Shown one piece after another: positions 25,785 through 37,500 of a stretch of 64,000 nt of DNA. Position 1 is the first letter of the stretch. The number at the start of each line of letters is the position of its first letter. The notes beneath the pieces were generated by a model that did not search any database, was not told the origin of the DNA, and saw only the letters and a program-made list of their open reading frames with translations. Location: contig CM060733.1 in NCBI GenBank assembly GCA_030704615.1, positions 25,668,001-25,732,000 of the forward strand, in the 5' to 3' direction. A program made the position numbers and the translations under genes. Source of the stretch: Takakia lepidozioides (Eukaryota; Plantae; Bryophyta).

Positions 25785-26681
25785 TTAGTTAGTTAGGCGG
25801 TCAGAACAGTTTGCGGGTAGATTAGGCAGAGTAGCTGCTTGGAGGGGACTTTTCTCCGGGGAGCACTTCTGGATCATGGGCAGAGGAGATCTGGCGGAGA
25901 ACAGGAACTGGAGCAATGATGAAGAGTACAGGGATGGAGGGGACACAATCTGTTGCTGTTTGATGAATGTAAGCTGTAGAGCTGGACTGTAGATCAATAA
26001 CCATAACTCTCTTCTGTAGTATCTCTCGTATATGCCTGGATTTCTTTCAAGCTTCAATACACCCTTGGCTATACTAGAGGTCTCTGTTACCATATAACCA
26101 TATGGCAAGCACGTTTGAAAAGCTGTTCTTGGTGTCAGTTTGATCCACATGATATCTTTAGGAATCCAATTCTTTACCAGTACCAACTCTTCATGTATAT
26201 GAGTGTAAACATTCACTTTCCGTTCCTCCCAGCCTTCAAACTCCACTCGTTTAATGGATAGCAACGCTATCACATAAACCAGTGTTGGTAACCAACTTGC
26301 TCTCCCTCTACAGGCCACTTGATAAATCTTTATCACTCTTTTCTCCAGACCCCACTCAGGATCTGCATCATGCACTCTCTTAAGAATGTTTTCTTTGCAA
26401 CCGTCTGGCAATTCCAAGAATCTCTGAAAGAATTGCTTGGACAACCTTTCTCTCTCAGTTTCACAGGGAATTTGATTCACATCAAATTCTTTAATTCTCC
26501 AACCACCATGATCCCACCAGATGCCTGTCACATCTGGTTGTTCTTGACCCAGTTCCCCAGTATGGTCGCCAAATGTCGAGCGGCTTTTACTCATCCATCC
26601 CTTTGCTATCCGAGGTGAGAACTCCAAGATAGAAGAGTTGGATATCTCTAAGCACTCAGCCCACTCAGAACAATCAGTCAT
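25785..26681 (-). CDS. Orphan intronless ORF (298 aa) with F-box-like segment
   Basis: ATG-initiated 298-aa open frame; FLELPDGCKENILKRV resembles the F-box start pattern (L..LP.E....IL). No other recognisable homology. Confidence 0.35.
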   Translation of the reverse strand: MTDCSEWAECLEISNSSILEFSPRIAKGWMSKSRSTFGDHTGELGQEQPDVTGIWWDHGGWRIKEFDVNQIPCETERERLSKQFFQRFLELPDGCKENILKRVHDADPEWGLEKRVIKIYQVACRGRASWLPTLVYVIALLSIKRVEFEGWEERKVNVYTHIHEELVLVKNWIPKDIMWIKLTPRTAFQTCLPYGYMVTETSSIAKGVLKLERNPGIYERYYRRELWLLIYSPALQLTFIKQQQIVSPPSLYSSSLLQFLFSARSPLPMIQKCSPEKSPLQAATLPNLPANCSDRLTN

Positions 26682-26899
26682 GACCTACAGCTAATGTATC
26701 ATGGTTGTGCTTTCTGTTTGTATTTCTTCCTGCTTTCATGTTGACAAATTACCTTGTTGTGTATACTTAAGCATCAGATTGCTTCAGTAATCTTTCAGGT
26801 TCCATTCACTCATCCATTCATTCCACAGCTTCACTCAAGTCTCTCTACACAGTGGGATTGTATCGAATAGGTGTCAGATTAAGATTTGTCATGTATCAG

Positions 26900-27072
26900 G
26901 CCGAAGCCCAAGAAGTTGGCGCCAAAACTTGTGCCATGTAGGTGCCATGTAGGCAAATGACCCACTTGGGCTCAGGCGGTAGTGTAAAGCCGTTGGACCC
27001 AATTTTCAGGCCTCCGCCAATGGGAATGCTCCATTCTCACTTGGTCTTGGGCTTGGGCCCTAGTGTAAAGCT
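26900..27072. mobile_element. Partial Tourist-like MITE, same family as 40886-41095
   Basis: GCCCAAGAAGTTGGCGCCAAAA and TTGGGCTTGGGCCCTAGTGTAAAGC are shared with the other copies. Confidence 0.65.
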
Positions 27073-27199
27073 TGATTTCAGAGGTAAGGCGAAGCTGGCC
27101 AGTGCATGTATGATTGTGTCTAAATAAACATGATCCACATGGACTCGCCTTCTACATTGAATGGACGTAGCAAGTCGATTCAAATGTAGCTGTGCCCTG

Positions 27200-27480
27200 G
27201 CCCCTTTCTCTTAATTGTCCCATCCCAGCTGCCAGCAGCATATAGGTATTGTTAGCAACATATTAAGTTGCTACATCGTGTGGTTCCGACTTGAGAATAT
27301 ACATTGCAACGAGTTCCACTACCTCCAAATCACCATTGAGTCTGCACGTCTGCACGCACCAGGAAAGGATCCCCACACACATGCAGCTGGTTTGATTGGC
27401 ATTTTGCTAGTGAAGTCTTTTGTCTCAACCAATCGCCCTGCATAGCCAAAAAGGTGTACCATGCAGGCAAAATGCCAATC
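27200..27480 (-). pseudogene. Degenerate tandem duplicate of the S2/E1/E2 region of gene C
   Basis: HFACMVHLFGYAGRLVETKDFTSKMPIKPAACVWGSFPGACR mirrors the end of ORF 27541..29586. Confidence 0.85.
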
Positions 27481-27540
27481 CTCCATCTCTCTTGATTGTC
27501 CCACCTGCCAGCTGCAGCGTATAGGTTTGTTAGCAGCACA

Positions 27541-29586
27541 TTAAGTTGCTATGTGCTGTGAATCCAGCTCGAGAATATACATTGCAGCACGTTCCGCTAG
27601 CGCCAAATCACCATGAAGTCTGCATGCACCAAGAAAGGATCCCCACACTGAAGCGTCTGGTTTGATTGGCATTTTGCTAATGAAGTCTTCTGCCTCAACC
27701 AATTGCCCTGCACGGCCGAAAAGGTCTACCATGCAGGCAAAATGCTCCAATGTAGGTGAGATGCCATTATCTCGAGATATGGACTGAAAGTAGTAATGGC
27801 CTTCATCCAATAGTCCCACATGACTGCAAGCAGATAGAACAGATACAAAGGTGACACTGTCTGGCTTCAAGCCCACCTGTTGCATTTGTTCAAATGATTT
27901 CAGGGCCTCCCGACCATACCCATGCTGAGCATATGCAGCAATCATTGCACTCCATGATACCACATTTCGTTGAGCCATGTTGTCAAACACTTCCCCTGCA
28001 TTCTTTACGCTCCCACATTTGGCATACATGTTAATAAGGGCATTGTCCAAATTAACATATGATGCCATTCCAGCTTTCATGATGTGAGCATGGACCTCTT
28101 TCCCTTTGTCCAAGGCTCCTAGGCTTGCACAGGCATTGAGAACGCAAATGAAAGTGACCATGTCAGGCATCACCCCTTCCCATTGCATGCAATTATAGAT
28201 TTCAAAAGCCTCCCTACTGCACCCATTCTGAGCATATCCTGCAATCATCACACTCCATGAGACCACATTTCGTTTAGCCATACCATCGAACACCTGACGT
28301 GCATCCTTCATGCTCCCACATTTAGCATACATGTCAACAAGGGCATTCTCTAGAATGATATGTGGTGCAATGCCAACTTTCACGATGTCAGCATGGGCCT
28401 CTTTCCCCTTTTCCAGGGCTCCTAGGTTGGCACATGCATTGAGAACGGAAATGAATGTGATCCTGTCAGGTGTCAACCCTTCCTTTTGCATTTGCTCATA
28501 AATCTTGAAAGCCTCCCTGCCACAACCATTCTGAGAATATCCCGTGATCATTGCGTTCCATGAGACTACATCTCGTTTAACCATATTGTTGAACACTTGA
28601 CGTGCATCCGTTATGCTCCCACATTCAGCGTACATGCTAACAAGGCTATTCTCCAAATTAATATATGATGCAATTCCAGCTTTCTTTATGTCAGTGTGGA
28701 CCTCCTTGCCCTTTTCCAGGGCGCCGAGGCTGGCACATGCGTTGAGCACGGAAATGAATGTGACCCTGTTGGGCATCAACCCCTCCCGTTGCATTTGTTC
28801 ATAAATATTGAAAGCCTCCTTGCCACACCCATGCCGAACATATCCTGCGATCATTGCACTCCACGAGATGACATCTCGTTTAGCCATATTTTCAAACACT
28901 TGCTGCGCATCCTTCATGCTCCCACATTTGGCATACATGCCAGCAAGTGCAGTATCCAGAATCATATCTGGCACAATTCCACTCTTGACGATATCGGTAT
29001 GGACTTCTTTCCCCTTTTCAAGTGCTCCCAGGCTGGCACACGCATTGAGAATGCAAATGAATGTAACCCTGTTGGGTGTAAAACCTTCCTGTTGCATTTG
29101 CTCATAGAGATGAAGAGCCTCACAACCACACCCATGCTTGGTATACCCTGCGATCATAATAGCCCATGTAAATAAATCTCGCGCCGGCATTTTATCAAAT
29201 ACTTGGCGTGCATCCACCACACTCCCACACTTGGCATACATTTTGATGAGTGTATTGAAAACTATTACGTCTGGCTTAAATCCGTTTCGGATAATGTGGG
29301 CATGCACCTGTTTTCCCTCTGCTAGCCCATTTGTGTTCATGCATTCCTCCAAGACCGCAGCATATGTATTGGAATCCGGCTGAATGCCCTGTTGGTTCAA
29401 AATGTGCAGCACCTCTTTCAGTCGTCCTTCCTTACATAGTGTCCTTGCATCTCCACACCTGTCAGAAGAGATCTTCCTGACCCACTCTCTCAGTCCTGTC
29501 CCAAACGAAGTGGTGCTGGTGGGGTGGCTACTCCTGCTGGCAATCTGGTGTCCTACAAACAACCTTGTCTGAATAAACCCTGCCAT
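27541..29586 (-). CDS. PLS-class PPR open frame of gene C (17 repeats + E1, truncated)
   Basis: 681-aa ORF with regular 101-aa P-L-S triplets, then P2-L2-S2 (LSACSHVGL…EHFACMVDLFGRAG) and E1 (VWGSFLGACRLHG). Confidence 0.9.
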   Translation of the reverse strand: MAGFIQTRLFVGHQIASRSSHPTSTTSFGTGLREWVRKISSDRCGDARTLCKEGRLKEVLHILNQQGIQPDSNTYAAVLEECMNTNGLAEGKQVHAHIIRNGFKPDVIVFNTLIKMYAKCGSVVDARQVFDKMPARDLFTWAIMIAGYTKHGCGCEALHLYEQMQQEGFTPNRVTFICILNACASLGALEKGKEVHTDIVKSGIVPDMILDTALAGMYAKCGSMKDAQQVFENMAKRDVISWSAMIAGYVRHGCGKEAFNIYEQMQREGLMPNRVTFISVLNACASLGALEKGKEVHTDIKKAGIASYINLENSLVSMYAECGSITDARQVFNNMVKRDVVSWNAMITGYSQNGCGREAFKIYEQMQKEGLTPDRITFISVLNACANLGALEKGKEAHADIVKVGIAPHIILENALVDMYAKCGSMKDARQVFDGMAKRNVVSWSVMIAGYAQNGCSREAFEIYNCMQWEGVMPDMVTFICVLNACASLGALDKGKEVHAHIMKAGMASYVNLDNALINMYAKCGSVKNAGEVFDNMAQRNVVSWSAMIAAYAQHGYGREALKSFEQMQQVGLKPDSVTFVSVLSACSHVGLLDEGHYYFQSISRDNGISPTLEHFACMVDLFGRAGQLVEAEDFISKMPIKPDASVWGSFLGACRLHGDLALAERAAMYILELDSQHIAT

Positions 29587-31112
29587 CCTGAATGACTAAA
29601 CACTCCTAGTTTTGCTTTACTCTCAAACCCACATAATATATCGCTTCCTAATACCTCTTAATTACAACAACTTTCTTGGTCTTATAAAGTATGCAAATCT
29701 TCTTGAAACATCAAACCAGTACCTCTTGTATTCTCTGTCTGGAGCTCAAAGCACCATATTCAGCTGGAACTTGTACCATGGCAACCAATTCCGCTTTCAC
29801 CCACGGAGGTTTTGACAAACTCTCAATCCAAAGGACCTCCTTTGTATCCCTGAAGTCTGCTGATCTTGGACTTTTCTGCGGAAACCATGCCAGTGCAGCT
29901 GAGCAGCCATAGCTCTAACTACAGCCTCATCCAGCCAACCTGAGCTCCACAAGCAACACTTGGCACAGCAGGGCACAACTTTAATCAACCCATGTCATGC
30001 TTTTTCACTGTCAATGGTATGATGGATTTACAACCTGATCCAGCAATAAGGACGACAGTGACAGGTAGGACAGAAAATGATCTTCACTGTCACTAATAGA
30101 GCCGCTGAAACAAAAGCACATGATGATACCAGTTTTACTTGGAAAAAAAATCACGCCCTTTTCCGTCCTATGATCTGGTAATAATAGAGATAGCTTCACC
30201 TTATCGGACCCAATGTCCCACCCTTGCAAGGGATTTGACATGGACTCCAGCCAAAGCCGTTCTAGGCTTGTTGAATGGCCTGCATCCAAACTTCACTAAA
30301 ATAATCAGATCTTCACCGCTTGTAATTGTCTGAGTGTCGTGAGGCATGCTAGTGTAGGCTTCGACTGTGCAAGCCATAGACAACGTTTGCAGGGTACCCT
30401 GAATGAGCACTGTCCCGTATCCACCCCCCAGAGAGACTGGCAATTGCAACATCATAGCAAAATACGTCGTAAGTAGCCTGAACTTAAGGAGCGAGCTCAA
30501 AATTCTTGCACCTCTTGGAATTTGTGGCAGAAATGGATGGGCAATGCAAGATCTCTGTCATCCAAGACTGAGAGGACAACTGGTGGATATTTCTCAAAAC
30601 AGGGTATCCATTATGGGCTATGTTCTCAAGCAAGCGATGCAGATAACTCTACACACAAGGCATGGATACATATACCACTAGAGGCTTTACAGACTTCAGG
30701 CGACACTTAACGAGCTGTTGGAAGGACAAGGGATCGATTACAGTCGCATTCCTTTACAGCCATTGTAGGTCCATAATGTGCACTTCGACGAAAATGGACC
30801 TAGATTCTTTTGGGTTGGGTCAAGCACAATATGGAGCGAGGTACAATCTTTAAAGACCCGAAAAATTGGCAAATGGTTCCAATTCTACACCTTCCTTCGG
30901 TTTCTCTGGAGGCTGGAGAGGCGACATATCCTTCACTTGCAAACTTCCCGGACCAGGCATTGCCAAGCTGAATACCCATTTCCGCTCCAGAGAATGACCT
31001 GCAAATCTGATGCACGATACGAGGCCTCCCGCCCATTCAACGTAATTTGAAGACAGGGACTTAGGTGGGAACTCTCCCAGAGCACGCAGGAGACGCCGGA
31101 GCTCGCTGCCAT
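27541..31112 (-). pseudogene. Gene C: transit peptide-PDF(1)-PLS PPR(17)-E, no DYW; upstream exons damaged
   Basis: Exon 1 30891-31112 (frameshifted relative to gene D exon 1); exon 2 30200-30279 (GHSTSLERLWLESMSNPLQGWDIGSDK); exon 3 29770-29875 (KSPRSADFRDTKEVLWIESLSKPPWVKAELVAMVQ; donor GT>TT); last exon from 29579. A 1-nt insertion at the start of E2 creates the TAA at 27541. Confidence 0.8.
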
Positions 31113-31564
31113 GCCTGTGCATGTGGAAGAGAAGAACTAGAAGAACTAATTACATCCACCATGATCTGTATAGGACAGTGCAAGCTTCGGGTAGTAATTG
31201 AACACCACAGTGAAATAGGCCGAGAGTACGAACTAGGAACCCGATGAGAAGGCAGGAGCGTGTTCTGCTGAGGCTCCAAGAACATGTAACTTAGTCACAG
31301 AGCTCCATAAAAAACCAAAAGGCGGAGCAGGAGTCGGAAAGGGACGTTTATCATAGCTACATAGAAAATTAGGAGACAGGTTGTTCATCCTCTATATCAC
31401 AACGATCTCCATTTTGTAACATGTCTCGGGGCTTGGCAACTGGGATTGAAAGGAAAACCAATGAAGAACTTTGTGGGCTTGATTCTGCTATATTCCCCAT
31501 TTGATCTCGATATTCTCTACTTGTGCAAAATTCTCAAGTTTCTCTTCTTTCTCATTGCACAACG
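31113..31564. promoter_or_regulatory. Putative shared bidirectional promoter of genes C and D
   Basis: 452 bp between the homologous, divergently oriented ATGs at 31112 (-) and 31565 (+). Confidence 0.45.
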
Positions 31565-34500
31565 ATGGCGGGCTCTAGCGTCCATCGCGTGCTCGGGGAG
31601 GCTGTACGCAAGGCCCTGTGTTCTCCTTGCAGTGAGCGGGCAGGGGGTCGCACATCATGCAGGACATTGACGGGCCAAGCTGGGGAGCGGAAATGGGCTT
31701 ACCAATTTGGAAAGGCCTGGCCCGAGGTCTTTGCAAGGGATAGATATGACTGCTATGACGTCCCCCCGCCCTCCAGGAAACCGAAGAAAGGTAGGGGGTT
31801 GTAATTTTTTTGCGTATTTTTGGGTCTTCAACCTGTGTGCGTCGGAGAATGCAGGTCCATTTGTCCTAGAATTTTTTGTTCCATTTTGGAAGAAGTTCAC
31901 TCCTCGTTCTCCTACTTCGATCAGCCTCCTTCAGTTTCACATGGAGTATTGGAAACCTCTGGAATATTTCTCCTCTTTCAATCCATTTCTTGATTATGGG
32001 ATATTCCGTGGAGGGGAAATTCCTGCTTCGTTCTCCCGATGATGAGATGCGGATGGATCGAATAGCCCATCCGAAATCCCCCCAAAATCCAGCTGCAAGT
32101 CCAAGCATTTGAGCTCACTCTTACGGTAGATGTTTGATACATTTTTGTGGTTCCACTGGAGCGGTGCAAAGCCCGAGTTTCCATTCACAATGAGTGATGG
32201 ATAAAGGACAAAGCCAGGTGTACTAATGGGCAAAGCCCTTGCAGAATTTTAAAGGTCCCAGTTGCAGATGCAGATTTCTGTTCACCAGGTTGTGAAACTA
32301 AGCCCAAAGCCACTTAGTGATTGACTGAATGACAATCTGGTTATGCAGAGCACCTCAGTGCTAATCTAGCCCCCCATCTGATGCACATGGCTGTAGTTGT
32401 ACTACCAGTCACACCTACTGTGGTTGAGAAGGAAACAAAATGAAATAAAAGAGACAGATTATGATGACCTCCTCATTGACCTTTCCCTGTGGATGCATGT
32501 TGTATCATAAAGCCTCCTGGAGCCGGTTGTGAGTTTCAGCCCACTAGGGTGCTGAGGGAGAGAGATTAATTTTGTGGAATACAGGCGTATATCAAGAAGA
32601 CAAGTAAGAGCTGCTAAGGATCTTGTCTTTTTAGTGATGTTCGCATGCAGGCCACGCTATGAGCATAAAGCAGCTTTGGAAAAAGGACAACAATTCTGAT
32701 AAGGTCAGACTATCTCCATTGTTACACGGTCATTGTTAAGTCCAAGGGTGGAAAAGACCTTGTTTTTTTCTGAATGTAGTTGGTATGATGGTGCATTTTG
32801 GGATAAATCGCTTTTATGGATTTTGTCTGCCTCACTGCCTCACCTGCGGTAGTTGTTCTTATTGTTGGATCAGTCGATAATTTATCCACAATTGAAGTTC
32901 CTTTATTCAAAGTCTTGCCCTAGTGTATGAAGCGATGCTGGTGGAACTTTGCTGGTTGTAGCCGGGGTCTATTTGAGGCTTTGATTAAAGGTATTGCTGC
33001 TCAGCTGCACGCTGGTGGTTTCCACAGAAAAGTAAAAGTTCAACAGACTTCCGACATGAGCACACGATGAAGGTCCTTTGGATTGAGAGTTGGTCAAACC
33101 CTCCTTGGGCAAAAGCAGAGCTAGCTGCCAGGGCACAAGGTCGAGCACGGTGGGATGATGGATTGGCACCAGAGTACGGCTCTAGTTCTGGTATGACTCT
33201 TGCAACTCCATTGAAGTTTTAAGAAGGCAGTCCAGACTGATGGAATTGCAGATGATGGTCAAACCTGGGCTGGAGAGAGTTAAGAGTATTACCCACAATC
33301 AGCCTGGCTTGAAGGTTAGCTTTTGCCACCACAAGCTCTTGTGCAATATCTGCCAGTTTTGGGATGTCCTTGTAGTATTGAGGCCCAAAAGGAGCTCAGG
33401 GGCAGAAGTTATCAATGCTACAATGACCTTTTCAATAGAGACTTAGGCAGTTGGAAGCTGGCAAAGTTCTTATGCTCTTGGGAGTTCTGGCACACAGGTC
33501 AAGCAATGAGCAGGGAACAGCTGTGGCAAGAGTTCTCGTCAGATCCTCCACAGTCATACATCAGGTCTAATAAGGTGAGACTATCTCATTTAGGACAGAA
33601 AGGAGATTGGGAAGGAGAGTAGTGTATATGATGTTGTTTCATTGATTGCATCTTATCTCCAGTTGCTTAGGTTAGACAATTTTGGTTCTCATATGAGAGA
33701 GCAAGTAAAACCAATTGTTACGGTTGCTATATATAGGCTGTTCAAGGTTTTACCCCATTAATTGGAAGATGCTGGCGCTTCGGTGGTTGAAGTATCTCTA
33801 TTCAGCTGTGCCACAAGGCTACGGTAGACAATGTCTCATGAGTGTATTCTATTTCAGCTGGATAAATTGGTTGGAGATGTCAATGGGTATAAGTGGACGG
33901 GTAAGATGTGTACTCTCAAGGCAGCCTCTGCCAAACGCGGCCAAAAAGGGGTTGGATTCTTTGTCCGCGATTTCTTGTTTGATAATTGTGAAATTATCAA
34001 CAAGGGTTTGAGGTATGAGCACAGTATCTGGCTAAAACTGAATCTGAAGGGCGTGAATACGAAGGACCTCTTTGTGGGTTGTGTATACATGCCCACAGAG
34101 GGGACCCTTAGTGTTGACGCAGACAAAGCCTTCGAAGATGTAAAGCTGGACTGTGCTTCGTTCCTTGCCAAAGGTCAGGTGGTTCTATTGGGTGACTTCA
34201 ATGCCCGGGTGGGCAAAGGTCTCCATCAGGACGATACCATTGGGCCTTTTGGTGAGGACGAGCTGAATTCTAATGGCAGACGGTTAATTAACTGTCTGGA
34301 AGAGCTTCAGCTTTTGACCTTGAATAACAGGACAAGAGGCGACCAAGTGCAGTGGACTCGTGAGAAATCCCAAACTGGGGAACGTTCCATTGTGGACTAT
34401 ATCATAATGGACAAAAATTTGTTTCTCCAGTGTGCCAATGTGTTGATCGACAGAACTGATATTGGTACCTTTGACCACTTCCTGGTTTGGACTGAGATCA

Positions 34501-37500
34501 AAAGCCGTTTCCCAACACCAAGAGATCTGTGAAACGTTCGATTCGGAAGTGGCGCATAGAAAAGTTCCATAATGAGAAGGTCAAGGCTGAGTATGTCCAG
34601 GCCTTGCAAGAGGCTCTCCCCCATTTTGTCCAATCGCTCCAAGAACTTCAGTCTCGCTCTGACAACGCAAGAAATGAAGTCGAAAGAGCAGTGGACTCTT
34701 GGGAGAGTTTCGTTTCCTCCGTGGCTGACAAGATCATAGGGAGGAAACTAATTGTCTGCGGTAGAGCTGTTAATTGGTGGACCAATGAGATTAAACTCAA
34801 GATAGCTGAGGGACGAGCCCTCTATAAAGAGTGCTGCAATTTGAAAACCAACAGAAAATGTGGGCGAGGTACTACCAGCTCCGTAAAGATATCAATCAGC
34901 TTGTTAGGTCTCAGAAGAAATTATACTGGGACAAGTTATACAGATAAACTCAAACCACCATGATGGTAATGACAAGAAATTCTGGTTGACCCTTCAACGT
35001 TTGTACAAGCCGAAAAACGGTCAGCAAGTACAAGCGCTGAAGACTACTAAAGGTGCAGCGGTGACTTCATCGGTTGACATTGTCAAAACCTTTGAAACTC
35101 ACTACAGTATCCTTGGCAGAACTTCTAGGTCTAACAGTGAGGGGTCTTCTGCTGAATGGAGGGACACAGTTGGAAAAACTGTTCCTATGATTCAAAACAG
35201 CCCTGATGAACTGGAGTGTATTTCAATGGCTTATAACGCTCCCATTAGTTCTTCTGAGATTGTGGAAGCAATTGAACATTTAAACGGATATAATGGTGGA
35301 CCTGATGGTATAGTCAACGAGCTTATCAAGCATGGTGGCGATCCCATGATAGAGGCCCTAGTTCTCCTCTTTAACCTTATCTGGAAGACTGAAATGATCC
35401 CCTTTCGCTGGCGACAGGGGGTCATTGTCAATCTATACAAGAAGGGTGACAGAGAAGAGCCGGGGAACTACCGTGGCATCACGCTCCTCAATGCTGTTGG
35501 CAAGACACTCTGCAGAGTTATAAGTACTCATCTCGAGGTTGATCTGGAGTCTAGAGGTTGTTTCCACGAAGGCCAAGCTGGCTTTCAGCGAAACAGGGGC
35601 TGTGTGGATCATATCTTCACTCTAAGCCAGATTATGCAGGGAAGGGAAAAAGAAGGGAAACCCACTTATGTTTTTTTCCTGGATGTCAAAAAGGCTTACG
35701 ACACTTGTGGAGAGATGGCCTATGGTTCCGCCTCTGGTCTTGTGGGATCAAGGGAAAGATGTGGAGAGTTGTCCACAACTTGTATGCTCACACCAAAAGC
35801 TGTGTCACTGTTAACGGACAGAAGGCCAACTTCTTTGACTTAGACCAAGGTGTAGCTCAAGGATGTACTCTCTCCCCTCTGCTCTTCAATGTTTTCATCA
35901 ATCAACTCCTCGAGGATGTGGAAAGTGAGGGATTTGGGTTAAGGGTGGGTGATACCACCATACCAGCCCTTATGTTTGCGAATGACTTCGCAGGCATAGG
36001 GGAGACTCCAACCAATCTCCAGGAGTTGATTGATTGCGCGAAGAGATACTTTGATCTTTGGGGGCTAGAGGCTAATGTCAGCAAATGTGCAGTGGTAGCA
36101 TTCAACGACAGAGGAGAGGGAGGAAGGATCTTAAGTGGCAGTGGGGTAGCCAAGAGATCCCGGTCCTCCCTTCCTACACTTATCTGGGCGTTGAGTTTTC
36201 CTCCAATTGTAATTGGGATGCACATATCCGGAAAGTTGTTCAAACTGGCAAGGGCAAAGCTCTGGGCTCACTAAATTTTTCCACTGCAGAGGGGTCAACT
36301 CTGAGGTTAAGAAAACCATGCTTTGTCGCGTTATTAGACCTGCCTTGGAGTACGGATCTGCAATATAGGTTGATAACTCCAACCAGGCTCTAGAATCCAT
36401 TCAAGTGGGGGTGCTTAAGGAGTGTATGTCAGCATGCTCCAAAACAGCCAATGTGGCTGTTCGGGGTGAGTTTGGCATTCCGTCCTTAAGCTCCCGACGA
36501 GATGAATTCAAGGTCAGATGGTGGGGTCAGCTGCATCTGGTATCTTGGAAACAGGACCGCCCTGTCAAACAGGCTAAGTCCTGGCAGAAGAGAGTAGAAG
36601 AGATTCTCAAGGACCTGGACCTGGAACCGCAAGTCTTGACCCTGCTGGATAAATCTGACTTAGAGGCTGTAGTGTCCAAAGCCATGTCTGTTGCCATGAG
36701 ATTGTCTGATGAAAATGAAGTTAGGCAGAAAACTTCCCTGAACTTGTTTCCAGTCAGTGACATGGGGGAGGATATCTTGGATGACCTCAAGGGTCTACCC
36801 ACTCTCGGCACTAGACTGAAATTTAAACTCAGGGCAGGAAGCCTACCTTTGAACAGCAAACAGAAGCAGAGAGGAAAGGGAGAGTGCAATTGCCCGTTGT
36901 GTGGGCAACCTGAAGACAGTATTCATTTTCTGATACACTGTCCGGGGTTCTCTCACCAAAGAGACGCTCTCTTCAAATCTATCAAGGGAATTGTGCCTGT
37001 ACCTCTGTTTACCAACTTTGAAAGTCTCGAGGCTGAGCCAAAAGCCCAGGCCCTCCTGAGGCCTAGTTTTTGGGCAAATCACACACAGCAGATTGATGCT
37101 TGTGTGAAGGGATTTCTAGAGGATATCTGGAAAACCCGGATTAATTCTATATATGAAGGTGGTCTTACTACCAACGTCAGCCCCCGACAGAGGTAGGTTC
37201 TGCCCCTTTTGTTTCCGCTCAAACTGGGCGCGGGGTCAATGGCCACAAGGCTACGGCAAACAACGTCTTATGAGTACAATCTATTTCAGCTGGGCAATTG
37301 TGGTTTTTGCAGAGAAGCCCAAGATCACTAGATGTAAGACAGGAGTGCCAAAAGGAGAGCCTTTGTATTAAGAATTCGTCAAACCCATGGGTAAAAGCAG
37401 AGCTAGCTTTCATGATACAAGGTCGAGGAGGACGTCATGGAGCTCCAGCGCAAGAAGACAATGGGTATTGCTATGATGATTCAAGAGTCTCAAGTCAAAA

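Larger units (their letters stand above)
24036..26900. mobile_element. Unclassified TE-like block with structured end, tandem repeats and orphan ORF
   Basis: GCCACGTCA x3 plus an inverted copy (24092-24174), TGTGGATGAA repeats with a similar inverted tract at ~26800-26826, an AT-rich core, a 10-bp minisatellite and a 298-aa ORF. No transposase recognised. Confidence 0.4.
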
